DNA of 64,000 nucleotides, taken from positions 682,001 to 746,000 of the forward strand of contig NW_027590140.1 in assembly GCF_964213995.1 (NCBI RefSeq). The letters run 5' to 3'. The notes beneath the pieces were generated by a model that saw only the letters and a program-made list of their open reading frames with translations, was not told where the DNA came from and ran no database searches. The position numbers were made by a program, and so were the translations under genes. Origin of the DNA: Mustelus asterias (lineage: Eukaryota). Shown piece after piece: positions 1-12,632 of the stretch. The stretch's first letter is position 1, and every line of letters begins with the position of its first letter.

Positions 1-560
1 ACTTGTCCCATAGCCTTGAATGTTATAGGTGCCATGTACTGATCCAGGTTCTTTTTAAAGGATGTGACGTATCCCACTACTACCACCCTCCCAGGCAGCG
101 CATTCCAGACCGTCATCACCCTCTGAGTAAAAAGGTTTTTCCTCAAATCCCCCCAAAACCTCCCACCCCTCACTTTTAACTTGTGTCACCTCGTAACTGA
201 CCCTTCAACTAAGGGGAACAGATGCTCCCTATCCACTCTGTCCATGTCCCTCATAATCTTGAACATCTCAATCAGGTCGCCCCCTCAGTCTACTCTCCTC
301 CAACGAAAACAACCCAAGCCGACCCAAACTCTCTTCATAGCTTAAATGTTCCATCCCAGGCATCATCCTGGTAAATCTCCTCTGCACCCCCTTCCAGGGC
401 GTTCACGTCCTTCCTATAATGTGGCGACCAGAACTGTACTCCAGCTGTGGCCAAACAAAGTTCTATACAACTTCATCATGACCTCCATGTTTTTGTAACC
501 GAAACACCGATTCGAAAAGGCGAGTGTTTCATGTGCTCTTTTCACCATCCTATTTACCTG
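1..560 (-). mobile_element. CR1-type LINE 3' fragment (ORF2 C-terminus)
   Basis: Minus strand reads FTQRVMTVWNALPGRVV, the conserved CR1 ORF2 tail seen in other copies in this window. Confidence 0.85.
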
Positions 561-949
561 CCATCCCGCCTCTTTGTTTCTGTTCTCTCTGTTTTCTGTC
601 TCTCTCTCTCAGTACCCCTCTCTCTCTTTCTCTCTGCCTCTCCGTTTCTCTCTCTCTTTCTCTCCCTCCCTCTCCCTCCCTGCCTCTCTCTCTCTCTCTC
701 CCTTCCTGCCTCTCTCTCTCTCTCCTTACGTCTCTCTCTCCCTGCCCCTCTATCTCCCTCTCTCCCTGCATCTCTCTTTCTTTGTCTCGCTCTCTCTCTC
801 TCTCTCTTTCTCTCTCTCCCTGCCTTTCTCTCTTTGCCTCTCTTCCTCTCTCTCCCTGAATCTTTCTCTCTTCCTCTCCTTGCCCTACTCGCTCTATCTC
901 TCCCTGCCTCTCTCTCTCTCCCTCCGTGCCCCTCTCTCTGTCTCTCCCA

Positions 950-1103
950 ATGGGATAGATTGATTGGTCATGATAAATTACCCCTTAGTGTCAGGGGGAA
1001 TGGAAGTTAAACATGTGGGGTTATGGGGATAGGGACTGGGTGGGATTGTTGTCGGTGTAGGCTCGATGGGCCAAATGGCCTCCTTCTGCACTGTAGATTC
1101 TAT
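950..1103 (+). mobile_element. HE1-like SINE 3' part
   Basis: gggtgggattgttgtcggtgtaggctcgatgggccaaatggcctccttctgcactgta tail shared with the full copy at 11371. Confidence 0.8.
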
Positions 1104-1229
1104 AAAAATATTGACACTTGGGAGAGATCATATTTGATGCAGTGAACATTGGCTATTGGGAAGATTGTAAATAGTGTGAAGGTTTTTACACAGCTTTGTT
1201 TGATGCCAGTCAGGATATCAAACAAGTCT

Positions 1230-1680
1230 GGTGTTGTCAAACTTCTTACTCAGATTTCCCATGCAGGATGGCTGCAGCCAGATCATCGTAAAGCAACTGC
1301 AGACAAATTCTTTTGGAAGCACATTCCACAAAGCCTCACAATTTGCTGAGTCAAATGTTTTGGGCAGGTCAATGAATGCAACAAAAAGTTCCTGATGTGG
1401 TTCTCGAATCTTCTTGGATTTGTCTGCCAACGAGGACCATGAGGTTCCTCTGGAAGTCCTAAAGCTGCACTGTCAGAGGGATTTTCTGGTCCCACCAGTG
1501 GCGAATATTGCCGTGAGTGGGACAGGAAATCTCCGCGCTGTGGCCCTGGGAGGATATTCTCAGCCACAGGAAGTAGGCGATTCAGGGGAATGTATGTCAG
1601 GATTTTCCCTGCTCTGGGCAAGAGGCATCACGGTGTGATCCTTGAAGATAATTAGAATTGTCACACTGCTAAAGTTTTGG
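1230..1680 (-). mobile_element. RTE-like LINE reverse transcriptase relic
   Basis: Minus-strand peptides GKILTYIPLNRLLPVAENILP and LFVAFIDLPKTFDSANCEALW resemble RTE-clade RT motifs; frameshifted. Confidence 0.7.
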
Positions 1681-2142
1681 GGGGAGTTCTATATACTCTC
1701 AAATCCATAGGATAAAGTAAATGCAGTGTCCATGTGAGCAAAAGCACACAATCTCAGCGAAGAGACACTGTCTCTCCCTGCCCCTCTATCTCACTCACTC
1801 CCTGTCTCTCTCTCCCTCTCTCTCCCTCTCTCCCTCCCTGACTCTCCCTCCATCCCTGCCCCTCTATTTGTCTCTTTACCTGCTCCAGCCTCTCTCTCTC
1901 TCCCTGCGTCTCCCTCTCTGCTTATCTCTGTTCCTGCCTCGCTCTCTCTCTCTCCCTCTCTTCCTGCCTCTTTTTCTCTATCCCCCTGCCTCTCTCTCTC
2001 TCTCTCCATGTCTCTCTCTCTCTCTATCTCTCTCTCCCCCCCCTCGCCCCCCCCCCCCCCCTCCCCGCCTCGCTCTCTCTTTCTCCCTGCCTCTCCCTGT
2101 CTCGCAGCATCTCTCTGTCTGTGCCCCTGCTTGTCTCTCTCC

Positions 2143-2183
<41 letters not shown>

Positions 2184-5100
2184 ACTCTCTCTCTCCCTTC
2201 CCCCTCCTCCCTCCCTCCCCTCTACCTATCTCCCCCTCTGCTCCCTCTCTCCCTCCCCCCTCCCTCTTTCTCTCCCTGCCCCCCGCTCTCTCTCGCTGCA
2301 CTCTGGCTCCCTCCCTGCCCCCTCTCTCTCTCCCTGCCTCTTTCTCCCTGCCTCTCGCTCCCTCGCCCTGACTCTCATTCTCTCTCTCTCTCCCCCGCGC
2401 CTCTCCCGCTCTCTTCCTGCATCTCTCTTTAACTCTCTCCCTGCCTCTCTCTCTATCTCTCTTCCTCTGTCTTTCTCCCTGCCTCTCTCTCTATCCCTGC
2501 CTTTCTTTCTCCCTGCCTCTCTCCGCCTCTCTCCCTCTCTCTCTCCCTGCCCCCTCTCTCGCTCCTTCTCTCTCTCTCTCTCTCTCTCCCAGCCTCTCTC
2601 TCCCACTCCCTTTCTCCCCCTTCCCCCGCGTCTCTCTCTCTCCCGCTCCCTGTCTCTCTCTCTTTCTCTCCCTCTCTCCCCCTGCCTCTCTCTCTCTCTT
2701 CCTGGCCCACTCTCTCGCTCTCTCTCTCTTTCCCTGCCTCTCTCGCTCTCCCTGCCTCTTTTTCTCTCTGTCTCCCCAACTGCCTCTCCCTCCCCCTGCC
2801 TCTCTCTCTCTGCTTCTCTCTCCCTGCCTCTCTCTCTCTCTCTCCCAGCCAGTCTCTCTCCCTGCCTCTCTCTCCCTGCATCTCTCTCTCCCTCACTCCC
2901 TGCCTCTATCTCTATCTCTATCACTCTCCCTCTCCCTCTCTCTCTCCCTGCATCTCCCTCTCTCTCCCTGGACCTCTCTCTCTCTCTCTCTGCCTTCTTC
3001 TCTCTCTCCCCCTGCCTCTTTCTCTCTCTCCCTGCCTCTCTCTTTCTCTCCCTGTTCCTCTCTCTCTCTCTGTCCCTGCCTCTCTCTCTCCCTCTCTCCC
3101 TGCCTCTCTTCCTCTCTTTCTCTGCCTCTCGCTCTATCTCACTCTCCCTGCCTCNNNNNNNNNNNNNNNNNNNNNNNNNNNNNNNNNNNNNNNNNNNNNN
3201 NNNNNNNNNNNNNNNNNNNNNNNNNNNNNNNNNNNNNNNNNNNNNNNNNNNNNNNNNNNNNNNNNNNNNNNNNNNNNNNNNNNNNNNNNNNNNNNNNNNN
3301 NNNNNNNNNNNNNNNNNNNNNNNNNNNNNNNNNNNNNNNNNNNTCTTTTTCTCTCTGTCTCCCCAACTGCCTCTCCCTCCCCCTGCCNNNNNNNNNNNNN
3401 NNNNNNNNNNNNNNNNNNNNNNNNNNNNNNNNNNNNNNNNNNNNNNNNNNNNNNNNNNNNNNNNNNNNNNNNNNNNNNNNNNNNNNNNNNNNNNNNNNNN
3501 NNNNNNNNNNNNNNNNNNNNNNNNNNNNNNNNNNNNNNNNNNNNNNNNNNNNNNNNCTGCTTCACTCTCTCTCTCCCCCCTCATCTCTCAGTCCTTGCCT
3601 CACTCGGTCTCTCCCTACCCTCTCTCTCCCTCTCCCTGCCTCACTCTCTCCCCCACTAACTCTCTCTCCCTCTCTCCCTGCCTCTCTATCTCACACTGCC
3701 TTTCTGGCTATCCCTGTCTTTCTTTCCCCCTGCCTCTCTCTGTCTGTCTGTCTCTCTCTCTCTCTCTCCCTCCCCACCCCCTGGATCCCTGTCCCTAGCT
3801 GTCTCGCTCCCTGCCTCTATCTCTATCTCTCTCCCTCTCCCTCTCTCTCTCCCTGCCTCTCACTCTCTCTCCCTCGACCTCTCTCTCTCTCTGCCTTCTT
3901 CTCTCTCTCCCCTGCCTCTTTCTCTCTCTCCCTGCCTCTCTCTTTCTCTCCCTGTTTCTCTCTCTCTCTCTGTCCCTGCCTCTCTCTCTCCCTCTCTCCC
4001 TGCCTCTCTTCCTCTCTTTCTCTGCCTCTCGCTCTATCTCACTCTCCCTGCCTCGTTCTCTCTCTGCCTGCTCTTTCTCTCTCTCTCTCTCTCTCCCTGC
4101 CTCTCTCTCTCCCTCTCTCCCTACCTCTCTGTCTGTCTCTTTCTCTCTCCCTGCCTCTCTCTCTCTCTCAACTCACTACGTCTCTTCCTCTCTGTCCCTA
4201 CCTCTCACTCTCTCTCTCCCTGCATCGCTCTCTCTCTCTAACTGCTTCTCTCTCTCACTTTCTTCTCTCTCTCCCTGCCCCTCTCTGTCTCTCTCTCCCC
4301 CTGCCTCTCTCTGTCTCTCACTCTCTCCCTACCTCTCTTCCTCTCTCTCCCTGCCTCTCGCTCTCTCCCTCCCTGCCTCACTCTCTTTCTGCCTGCTTCT
4401 ATGTCACACTCGGCCTCTCCCTCTCTCCCTCTCTCCCTCCCTCCCTGCCTCTTTCTCTTCCTGCTTCTCTCTCTCCAGCTCTCTCTCTCTCTCTCTCCCT
4501 GACCCCCCTCCCTCTCTCACCCTCTCTCCCTCTCTCACCATCTCTCCCTCTCTCACCCTCCCCCTCTCTCTCGCTCCCTGCCCCTCTCTCCCTCTCCCTG
4601 CCTCTCATTCTCTCTCTCTCTCACTTTGCCTCTCGCTCTCTCTCTCTCCCTGCCTCGTTCTCTCTCTGCCTGCTCTTTCTCTCTCTCTGTCTGTCTGTCT
4701 CTCTGTCTGTCTCTCTCTCTCTCTCTCCCTGCCTCCCTTTCTATCCCGGCCTTTCTTTCCCCCGCCTCTCTCCATCTCTCTCTCACTCTCTCTCTCTCTC
4801 CCCTTGTCTCTCTGACTCCCTGCTCCCCCTCTCTCTCCTTCCCTCACTCTCTCTCCCTGCCTGTCTGTCTCTCGCTCCCAGCAGCGCCCCCCCTCTCTCT
4901 CCCATCCTCTCCCTCCCTCTCCTCTCTCTCTCGCTCTCTCTCTCTCCCTCTCACTCCCTGCCCCAGTCTCTCTCTCTCTCTCTTTCCTGCCTCTCTCGCT
5001 CTCCCTGCCGCTCTCTCTCTCCATCCCTGCCTCTCTCCCCCCGCCTGCCTCTCCCTCTGCCTCTCTCTCTCCATGCCTCTCTCTCTCCTTTGCTCTTGCT

Positions 5101-5195
5101 CTCCCTCTGCCTGCCTCGCTTTCTCTGTGACTGTTTGTCTCTCTCACCCTGTCTCTCCCCCCCCCCCCCCCGCCCCGCTGCCTCTCTCTCACGCT

Positions 5196-5600
5196 GAACA
5201 AAAGAACAAAGAACAATACAGCACAGGAACAGGCCCTTCGGCCCTCCAAGCCCGCGCCGCTCCCTGGTCCAAACTAGACCATTCTTTTGCATCCCTCCAT
5301 TCCCACTCCGTTCATATGGATATCTAGATAAGTCTTAAACGTTCTCAGTGTGTCCGCCTCCACCACCTTGCCCGGTAGCGCATTCCAGGCCCCCACCACC
5401 CTCTGTGTAAAATACGTCCTTCTGATATCCGTGTTAAACCTCACCCCCCCCCCCCCCCGCCCCCCCCCCACCCCCCCCCCCCCCCCCCCCCCGCCTCACC
5501 TTGAACCTATGACCCCTCGTGAACGTCACCTTCGATCTGGGAAAAAGCTTCCCACCGTTCACCCTATCTATGCCTTTCATAATTTTATACACCTCTATTC
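5196..5600 (-). mobile_element. CR1 LINE 3' end inserted in the CT tract
   Basis: YFTQRVVGAWNALPGKVVEADTL on the minus strand plus a gaacaaa-type tail. Confidence 0.88.
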
Positions 5601-8600
5601 GGTGCCTGCCTCTCCCTCTCTCTCACTCTCTCCCTGCATCTCTCTCTCCCTCTTTCCCTGCCTTTCTTCCTCTCTCTCCCTGCCTCTCGCTCTCTCCCTC
5701 TCTGCTTCACTCTTTCTGCCTGCTTCTCTGTCTCACCCTGTCTCTCCCTCTTTCTCTCTGTCTCTGTCTCTCTCCCTGTCTCTCTCTCCCTGCCTCTCTC
5801 TCCCCCGCCTCTCTCCCTGCCTCCCTCTCGCTGCCTCTCTCTCTGCCCCTCCCTCTCTCTCTCTCCCTGCCTCACTCTCTCCCTGCCTCTCTCTCTCTCT
5901 CTCCCTGCCTCTCTCTCTCTCCTCTCTCCCTGCCTTTCTTCCTGTCTGTCATTGCCTCTCACTCTCTCTCTCCCTGTCTCGCCCTCTCTCTGACTGCTTC
6001 TCTCTCTCACCCTACCTCTCTCTCTCTCTCCCTCCCTCCCTGCCTCTCTCTCTTCCTGCTTCTCTCTCTCCAGCTCTCTCTCTCTCTCCCTGACCCCCTC
6101 TCCCTCTCTCACCCTCCCCCTCTCTCTCTCCCTTCCCTTCTCTTCCTCCCCCTGCCTATCGAACTCTCTCTGTCTCTCTCCCCGCCTCTCCCTCTCTCTC
6201 CGTGCCTCTCTCTCTAACTCTCTCCCTGCCCCTCACCCTCTCTCTCTCACACACATTCTCTCTCTCCCTGCCTCACTCTCCTTCTCCCTCTCCCTCTCTC
6301 ACTACCTCTGTTCCTCTCTGTCCCTGCTTCTCACTTTCTCTCTCTCCATCGCTCTCTCTCTGACTGCTTCTCTCCCCCACCCTCTCTCTCACCCTGCCCC
6401 TCTCTGTCTCTCTCTCTGCCTGCCTCTCTCTCTCTCTCTCTCTCTCACACACTCTCCCCCTTCCTCGCTTCCTCTGTCTCCCTGCCTCCCGCTCTCTCCC
6501 TCCCTGCCTTGGTCTCTTTCTGCCTGCTTCTATGCCACACCCTACCTCTCCCTGGCTCTCTCCCTGCCTTTCTCTCCACCTGCCTCTCTCCCTGCCTCCC
6601 TATCCCTGCCTCTCTCTCTCTCCCTCTCTCACTACCTCTCTTCCTCTCTGTCCCTACCTCTCACTCTCTCTCTGACTGCTTCTCTCTCTCACTCTCTTCT
6701 CTCTCTCCCTGCCCCTCTCTCTCTTTCATTCTCTCCCTGCCTCTCGCTCTCTCCCTCCCTGCCTCACTCTCTTTCTGCCTGCTTCTATGTCACACCCTGC
6801 CTCCCCCCCCCTCTCTCTCCCCCTGCTTCTCTCTCCCTCTGCCATTCTCTCTGCCTCCCTCTTCCAGCCTCTATCCCCTCCCTCCCTCTCTCTCTCCCTG
6901 TCTCTCTTTCTCTCTCCCNNNNNNNNNNNNNNNNNNNNNNNNNNNNNNNNNNNNNNNNNNNNNNNNNNNNNNNNNNNNNNNNNNNNNNNNNNNNNNNNNN
7001 NNNNNNNNNNNNNNNNNNNNNNNNNNNNNNNNNNNNNNNNNNNNNNNCTCTCCCTGCCTCTCTCCCTGCCTCTCTCTCTCCCCCTCTCTCTTTGCCTCCC
7101 TTCCTCTCTGTCCCTGCCTCTCGCTCTCTCTCCCCCTGCCCCTCTCTCTCCCTCTCTCTCTGCCTCTCTCTCCCTGCCTCTCTCTCTCTCTCTCACACTC
7201 ACTGTCCCTGCCTCTCTCTCTCTCCCTGCCTCGCTTTCTCTCTCCCCCTGCCTCTCTCTCTCTCCCTGCATCTCACTCTCTCACACATTCTCCTTCTCTC
7301 TCCCTCTCTCTGTCTCTCTTTCCCTGCCTCTCTCTTTCCTCTCTCTCTCCCTCTCTCCGTCTCCCTTTCTCTATCCACCTGCCTCTCTCTCACTCTGCGT
7401 CTCTCTCCATCTCCCCTTCTCTCTTTCCCTGCCTCTTTTTTCCTCTCTCTCTCTCTCCCTCTCTCCCTGCCTCTCTTTCTCTGTCCACCTGCCTCTCACT
7501 CACTCTCTCCCTGTCTCTCTCCCTCTCTCTCTCCTCCTGCCTCTCGCTCTCTCTCTCTCCCTGCCTTTCCCTGTCTCCCCCTCTCTCTCTCTCTCCCTGT
7601 TTCTCTCTCTCCAGCTCTCACTCTCTCTCCCTCTCTCACTCGCTCCCTCTGACCCCCTCCCTCTCTCACCCTTCCCCTCTCTCTGTCTCTCCCTGCCTCT
7701 CTCTCTCCCTCTCTCTCTCTCTCCCCCTGCCCCTCTCTCTCTCTCTATCCCTGCCTCTCTCTCGCTCTCACTCGCTCCCTCCCTGCCTCACTCTCTCTCT
7801 CCCTGCCTCACTCTCTCTCTCCCTGCCTCTCTTTCTCCCTCTCTCCTTGCCTCTCTTCCTCTCTGTCCCTGCCTCTCGCTCTCTGTCCTCCTGCCTCTCT
7901 CTCCCCCTCTCTCTCGGCCTCTCTCTACCTGCCTCTCCCCCCCGTCTCTCTCCCTCTGCCATTCTCTCTGCCTCCCTCTTCCAGCCTCTATCCCCTCCCT
8001 CCCTCTCTCTCTCCCTGCCTCTCTTTCTCTCTCCCTGCCTCTCTTTCTCTCTGTCCCTGCCTCCCGCTTTTTCTCCCTGCCTCTCTCTCTCCCTCTCTGT
8101 CTCAATCTCCCTGCCCCTCTCTCTCACACACACTCTCTGTCCCTGCCTCTCCCTCTCTCTCCCTGCCTTACTTTCTCTCTCCCCCTGCCTGTCTCTCTCC
8201 CTGCATCTCACTCTCNNNNNNNNNNNNNNNNNNNNNNNNNNNNNNNNNNNNNNNNNNNNNNNNNNNNNNNNNNNNNNNNNNNNNNNNNNNNNNNNNNNNN
8301 NNNNNNNNNNNNNNNNNNNNNNNNNNNNNNNNNNNNNNNNNNNNNCCGCCTCTCTCTCTCCCTGCCTCTCTCTCTCTCTCTCTCTCCCTGACCCCCTCCC
8401 TCTCTCNNNNNNNNNNNNNNNNNNNNNNNNNNNNNNNNNNNNNNNNNNNNNNNNNNNNNNNNNNNNNNNNNNNNNNNNNNNNNNNNNNNNNNNNNNNNNN
8501 NNNNNNNNNNNNNNNNNNNNNNNNNNNNNNNNNNTCTCTCTCCCTGCCTCTCTTCCCCTCTCCCTGTCTCTCTCTCTATCTCTATCCCTCTGTCTCTCTC

Positions 8601-9945
8601 CCTGTCTCTCTCTCTCTCACACTCCCTGCCTCTCTCTCTATCCCTGCCTTTCTCTCTCACCGCCTCTTTCCGTCTCTCTCTCTCCCTCCCTGCTCCCCCC
8701 TCTCTCTCCCTGTCCCTCTCTCTCGCTGCCCCCTCTCTCGCTCTCCCTGTCCCACTCTCTCTCTCTCTTTCCCTGCCTCTCTCGTTCTCCCTGCCTCTCT
8801 CTCTATCTCACTTCCCGCCTCTCTCTCCCCCTGCCTCTCCCCCTGCCTCTCTCCCTGCCTTTCTGTCTCTCTACCTGCCTCTCTCTCTCCCTCTCTCTCT
8901 GCCTCTCTTCCTCTCTCTCCCTGTCTCTCTCTCTGTCTCTGCCTGCTTCTCCCTCTCACCCTGCCTCTCTCTCTCTCTCTCTCCCTGCCTTTCCCTCTCT
9001 CTCTGCCTGCCTCTCCCTCTCTCTCACGCTCTACCTGCCTGTCTCTCTCTCCCTGCCTTGCTCTCTCTCCCTGCTTCTCTCTCTCCTCCCCCCCCCCCCC
9101 CCGCTTCACTCCCTCTGTCTCTCTCTCTCTCTCTCTGCCTCTCTTTCTTTCTCCCTGCCTCTCTCTCTCCCTGCGACCCCCCCCCCCCTCTCTCCCTGCA
9201 TCGCTCTCTCTGTGTCTCTTTCTCCCTGCCTCTCTCTCTTCCGCTGTTTCACTCTCTCTCAGTTTCCTTCTATCTGTCTCCGTTGCTCTCCCTCTCTCTT
9301 TCTCTCTCTCTTTCTGTCTTTCTCTCTGTTTCTCTGTGTTTGTGTGTTTTTCTCTATCTATCTCTGTTTCTTTCTCCCTCTCTCTCTGTTTCTTTCTCCC
9401 TTTGCTGGCCCCCGCGTCAGTCTCCCTGTTTGTCTCTCTCTCTCTCTCTCTCTCTCTGTTGCTGTCTCTCTCTTTTGGCCTCTGCTTCTGTCTGCCCACG
9501 TCTCTCTGCTTGCCCTTCTGTATTAATTTGTTTCTCTCGACGAGTTTCTCTGCCATTTTGTTTCTTTCTATCTCTATTTCTGTTTCTCAATCTTTGTTGC
9601 TGCTTTTTCATCTCTCCTGTCTGTTTCCCTTTGTGTTCCTCTTTCTGTTACTCCTTCTCCCTTTCCCTTTCTGTTGTTGCTTTAACTCTGTTTCTCTCTC
9701 TCTCTTTGTCGTGGTCAGTTCCGAGAAGAATTTTGTGCTCTGGCGTCTATTTTGGTTTTGTGGATGTTATCAGCTGACACCTTTTCTCAGGAAGTGACCA
9801 AGTCTCAGATGCTATCGCAAGTTTCTGGAACAAACCCTTCAATTCTTGCACTGAACGGATTCAATTCGTCAGCAGTTTCTGAAGATTCTCTCAGCCTCGT
9901 TCGTCCATCATCTCTCTGCACCTTTCAATCCGCAGGAATCAACCA

Positions 9946-10003
9946 ATGGATCCAGTGTATGGAAATCTGTGGGGAACCATGATCCTGCTGTCACTGTGGA
10001 GTG
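9946..10003 (+). CDS. Exon 1 (signal peptide) of a single-Ig ITAM receptor gene
   Basis: ATG..MDPVYGNLWGTMILLSLWS-G|GTGAGT; phase-1 donor matches exon 2 and gives a plausible cleavage at TAG|E; ETS-type AGGAAGTG at ~9789. Confidence 0.65.
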
Positions 10004-10730
10004 GTGAGTGAGGGAGGGAGTGGTGAGTGAGGGAGGGAAAGAGTGACGGAGGGATTGGTGAGTGAGTTATACATAGAGGGAATGGAGTGAGTGAGGGAAC
10101 GATTGACGGAGGGACTGGTGAGTGAGTGAGGGAGGGAGTGGTGAGTGAGTGAGGGAGGGAATTGTGAGTGAAGAAGGGAGTTGTGAGTGAGGGAGGGAAA
10201 GAGTGATGGAGGGAGGGAGTGGTGAAGGGGTGAGGGGTAGAGTGAGGGAGGGACAGGGAAGAAGTGGTGAGTGAGTTATAGAGTGAGTAGTAAGGAAGGG
10301 AGTTTTGAGTGATGGAGGGGTGAATGAGGGAGACAGTGGTGAGGGAGGAAAGGAAGAAATTGGGAAGGGGTGTGAGTGAAGAGAGGGAGTAGGAGGAAGG
10401 GAGCGAGAGAGGATGAGTAAGAAAGAGGCATTGAGAGGGAGGGAGTCACAGAGAGATTCAGCAAAGGTGAGAGAGTGAGGGGAGGATGTGAGGTGAGAAA
10501 GTGATAAGATGGAGTGAACCACATCAATTGAATTAGGGCCTGAGAGAGAGGGAGTGGCAGAGGATGCGTGAGGAAGGGGTGTGTGAGAGAGGGTTACTGA
10601 GATGGAGAGTGACTATGATGGAGAGTGTCTATGATGGAGGGTGCCTGTGATGGAGGGTACCTGTGATGGACGGTGAGAGTGCGGGGGAGGGGGTGAGTGG
10701 AGAGGAGGGGGAGGACAGAGTGGTGAAGAA
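10004..10730. repeat. GA-rich (gtggtgagtgagggaggga)n low-complexity repeat
   Basis: Direct inspection; a similar tract lies at 11695-12290. Confidence 0.9.
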
Positions 10731-10739
10731 GGCATTCGG

Positions 10740-11370
10740 CATGCTTGGTTCCCTCGGTTAGACCAATGAATACAGTAGTTGGGACGTCTTGTTGAATTTG
10801 TACAAAACATTGGCAAGGCCATACTTGGAATACTGTGTACAGTTCTGGTCATCCTATTTCATAAAGGAGATTATTAAACTAGAAAGAATGTAGAAATAAT
10901 TTATTAGGATGTTACCAGGACTTAATGGTTTGAGTTATAAGGAGAGGCTGGATAGGCTGGGACATTTTTCCCTGGAGAGCAGGAGACTTAGGAGGACCTA
11001 GGGGTGAGAATAGAGGTCTATAAGATAATGAGGGCCATAGATCAGTTAGCTAATCAACATATTTTCCCAGAGGTAGGGGAAAACTAGAGGGCATAGGTTT
11101 AAGGTGAGAGGGGAGAGATACAAATTTGTCGAGAGGGGCAAGTTTTTCACAGAGGGTGGTGAGTGTCTGGAACAAGCTGCCAAAGATAGTAATAGAGACG
11201 GGTACAATTCTGTCTTTTAAAAAGCGTTCAGACAGCGACATGGGTAAGATGGGTCGACAGGGATATGGGCCAAATGCAGGTAATTGGGACTAGCTTAGTG
11301 GTTAAAAAAAAGGGTGGCAGGGACTAGTTGGGCAGAAGGGCCTGTTTCCATGCTATAAAGCTCTATGACT
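10740..11370 (+). mobile_element. Degenerate CR1 LINE 3' fragment
   Basis: RPYLEYCVQFWSS- and FTERVVSVWNKLP-like segments with stops. Confidence 0.85.
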
Positions 11371-11692
11371 TGGGCAGCACGGTAGCACAGTGGTTAGCAC
11401 TGCTGCTTCACAGCTCCAGGGTCCCGGGTTCGATTCCCGGCTCGGGTCACTGTCTGTGTGGAGTTTGCACATTCTCCTCGTGTCTGCGTGGGTTTCCTCC
11501 GGATGCTCCGGTTTCCTCCCACAGTCCAAAGATGTGTGGGTTAGGTTGATTGGCCAGGTTAAAAATTGTCCCTGAGATGTGTAGTTAGAGGGATTAGCGG
11601 GTAAATATGTGGGGGTAGAGCCTGGGTGGGATTGTGGTCGGTGCAGACTCGATGGGCCGAATGGCCTCCTTCTGCACTGTAGGGTTTCTATG
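11371..11692 (+). mobile_element. Full-length HE1-like tRNA-derived SINE
   Basis: A-box-like ggtagcacagtgg, B-box ggttcgattcc, core tgtggagtttgcacattctcc and a LINE-like 3' tail. Confidence 0.9.
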
Positions 11693-12632
11693 ACTCGAGA
11701 GTGCGGAGTGGTAGGATGAGGAAGGGGGTGAGGGCGTGTGAGGGCAGGGGCCGAGAGTGCGGGAAGAGGGTGAGTGTGGGGGAGAGGGGATGAGGGCGTG
11801 GGATGGCGTAAGTGCGGCGGAGGGCGAGTGTGCAGGAAAGGATGAGAGGGTGGGAGAAGGTATGAGAGGGAAAAGGTGTGAGTTGTGAGTGAGCACCAGC
11901 GTGAGTGAATGTGACTGAGCGAGAGGAACGGTGAGCCTGAAGGATGGTGTGAGTGTGAGGGAGAGTGTGTGAGGGAGAGGGAAGGGGAGAGTGTGGCAGA
12001 GGGGGTGAGTATGAAGGAGAATACACATGAGGAAGCAGGTGTGAAGGAAAGGATGTGAGGGAAGGAGAAGGTATAAGCAGGACAGGGTGCGAAGGTGGGT
12101 GTGATTGTGAGGGCGGGTGACGGTATAAGTGAGGGTGCATAAGGAGAGGGGGTGAGGGAGAAGGTGTGAGGGAGATAATGTGAGGGGGAGGTGGTGAGCT
12201 TGTGATGGAGGGTGCTTATATAGTAGAGGGTGTATGAAGGAGGGTGAGAGGGGTGTGTGTGAGTGTGAGGAAGGGTCTGAGTGTGAGGCAGTTGAGGACA
12301 GGCAGTACAAAACTGTTGAGCTTTTCAACATGATCTTGTCTACTTTGAGATCAAACATCATCTGCTCACCTTTTCCTGAAATCCCTTTGATTAAGACTTT
12401 AAAAACCCTCAGGCTCAATTTGAAATTCAGATTTGATGGCGTCTCATTTGTTGATTTTAGAAATATTTCTTATGTTTGCCTCTCATTGCTACAGCATAAC
12501 CCTAATCTTCTCAGTCAGATACTCAGAAACTGATCACCCCCTCCCTCAACCATCCCCCCACCACCTCCCCCCCCCCCCCCCCCCCCCCACCCCCCGCATA
12601 TCCCTTGATCCCTTGAGCTATATCTAATAACT

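Larger units (their letters stand above)
590..9700. repeat. Very long polypyrimidine (CT)n / CCCTGCCTCT low-complexity tract with N gaps, interrupted by TE fragments
   Basis: Nearly pure C/T on the + strand with recurrent ccctgcctctct; five N gaps; all S/L/P- and R/E/G-rich ORFs here derive from it. Confidence 0.97.

Noticed and set aside
447-9797. Long ORFs up to 1005 aa (S/L/P-rich or R/E/G-rich)
   Set aside because: Translations of CT/GA microsatellite, which lacks stop codons; several span N gaps.
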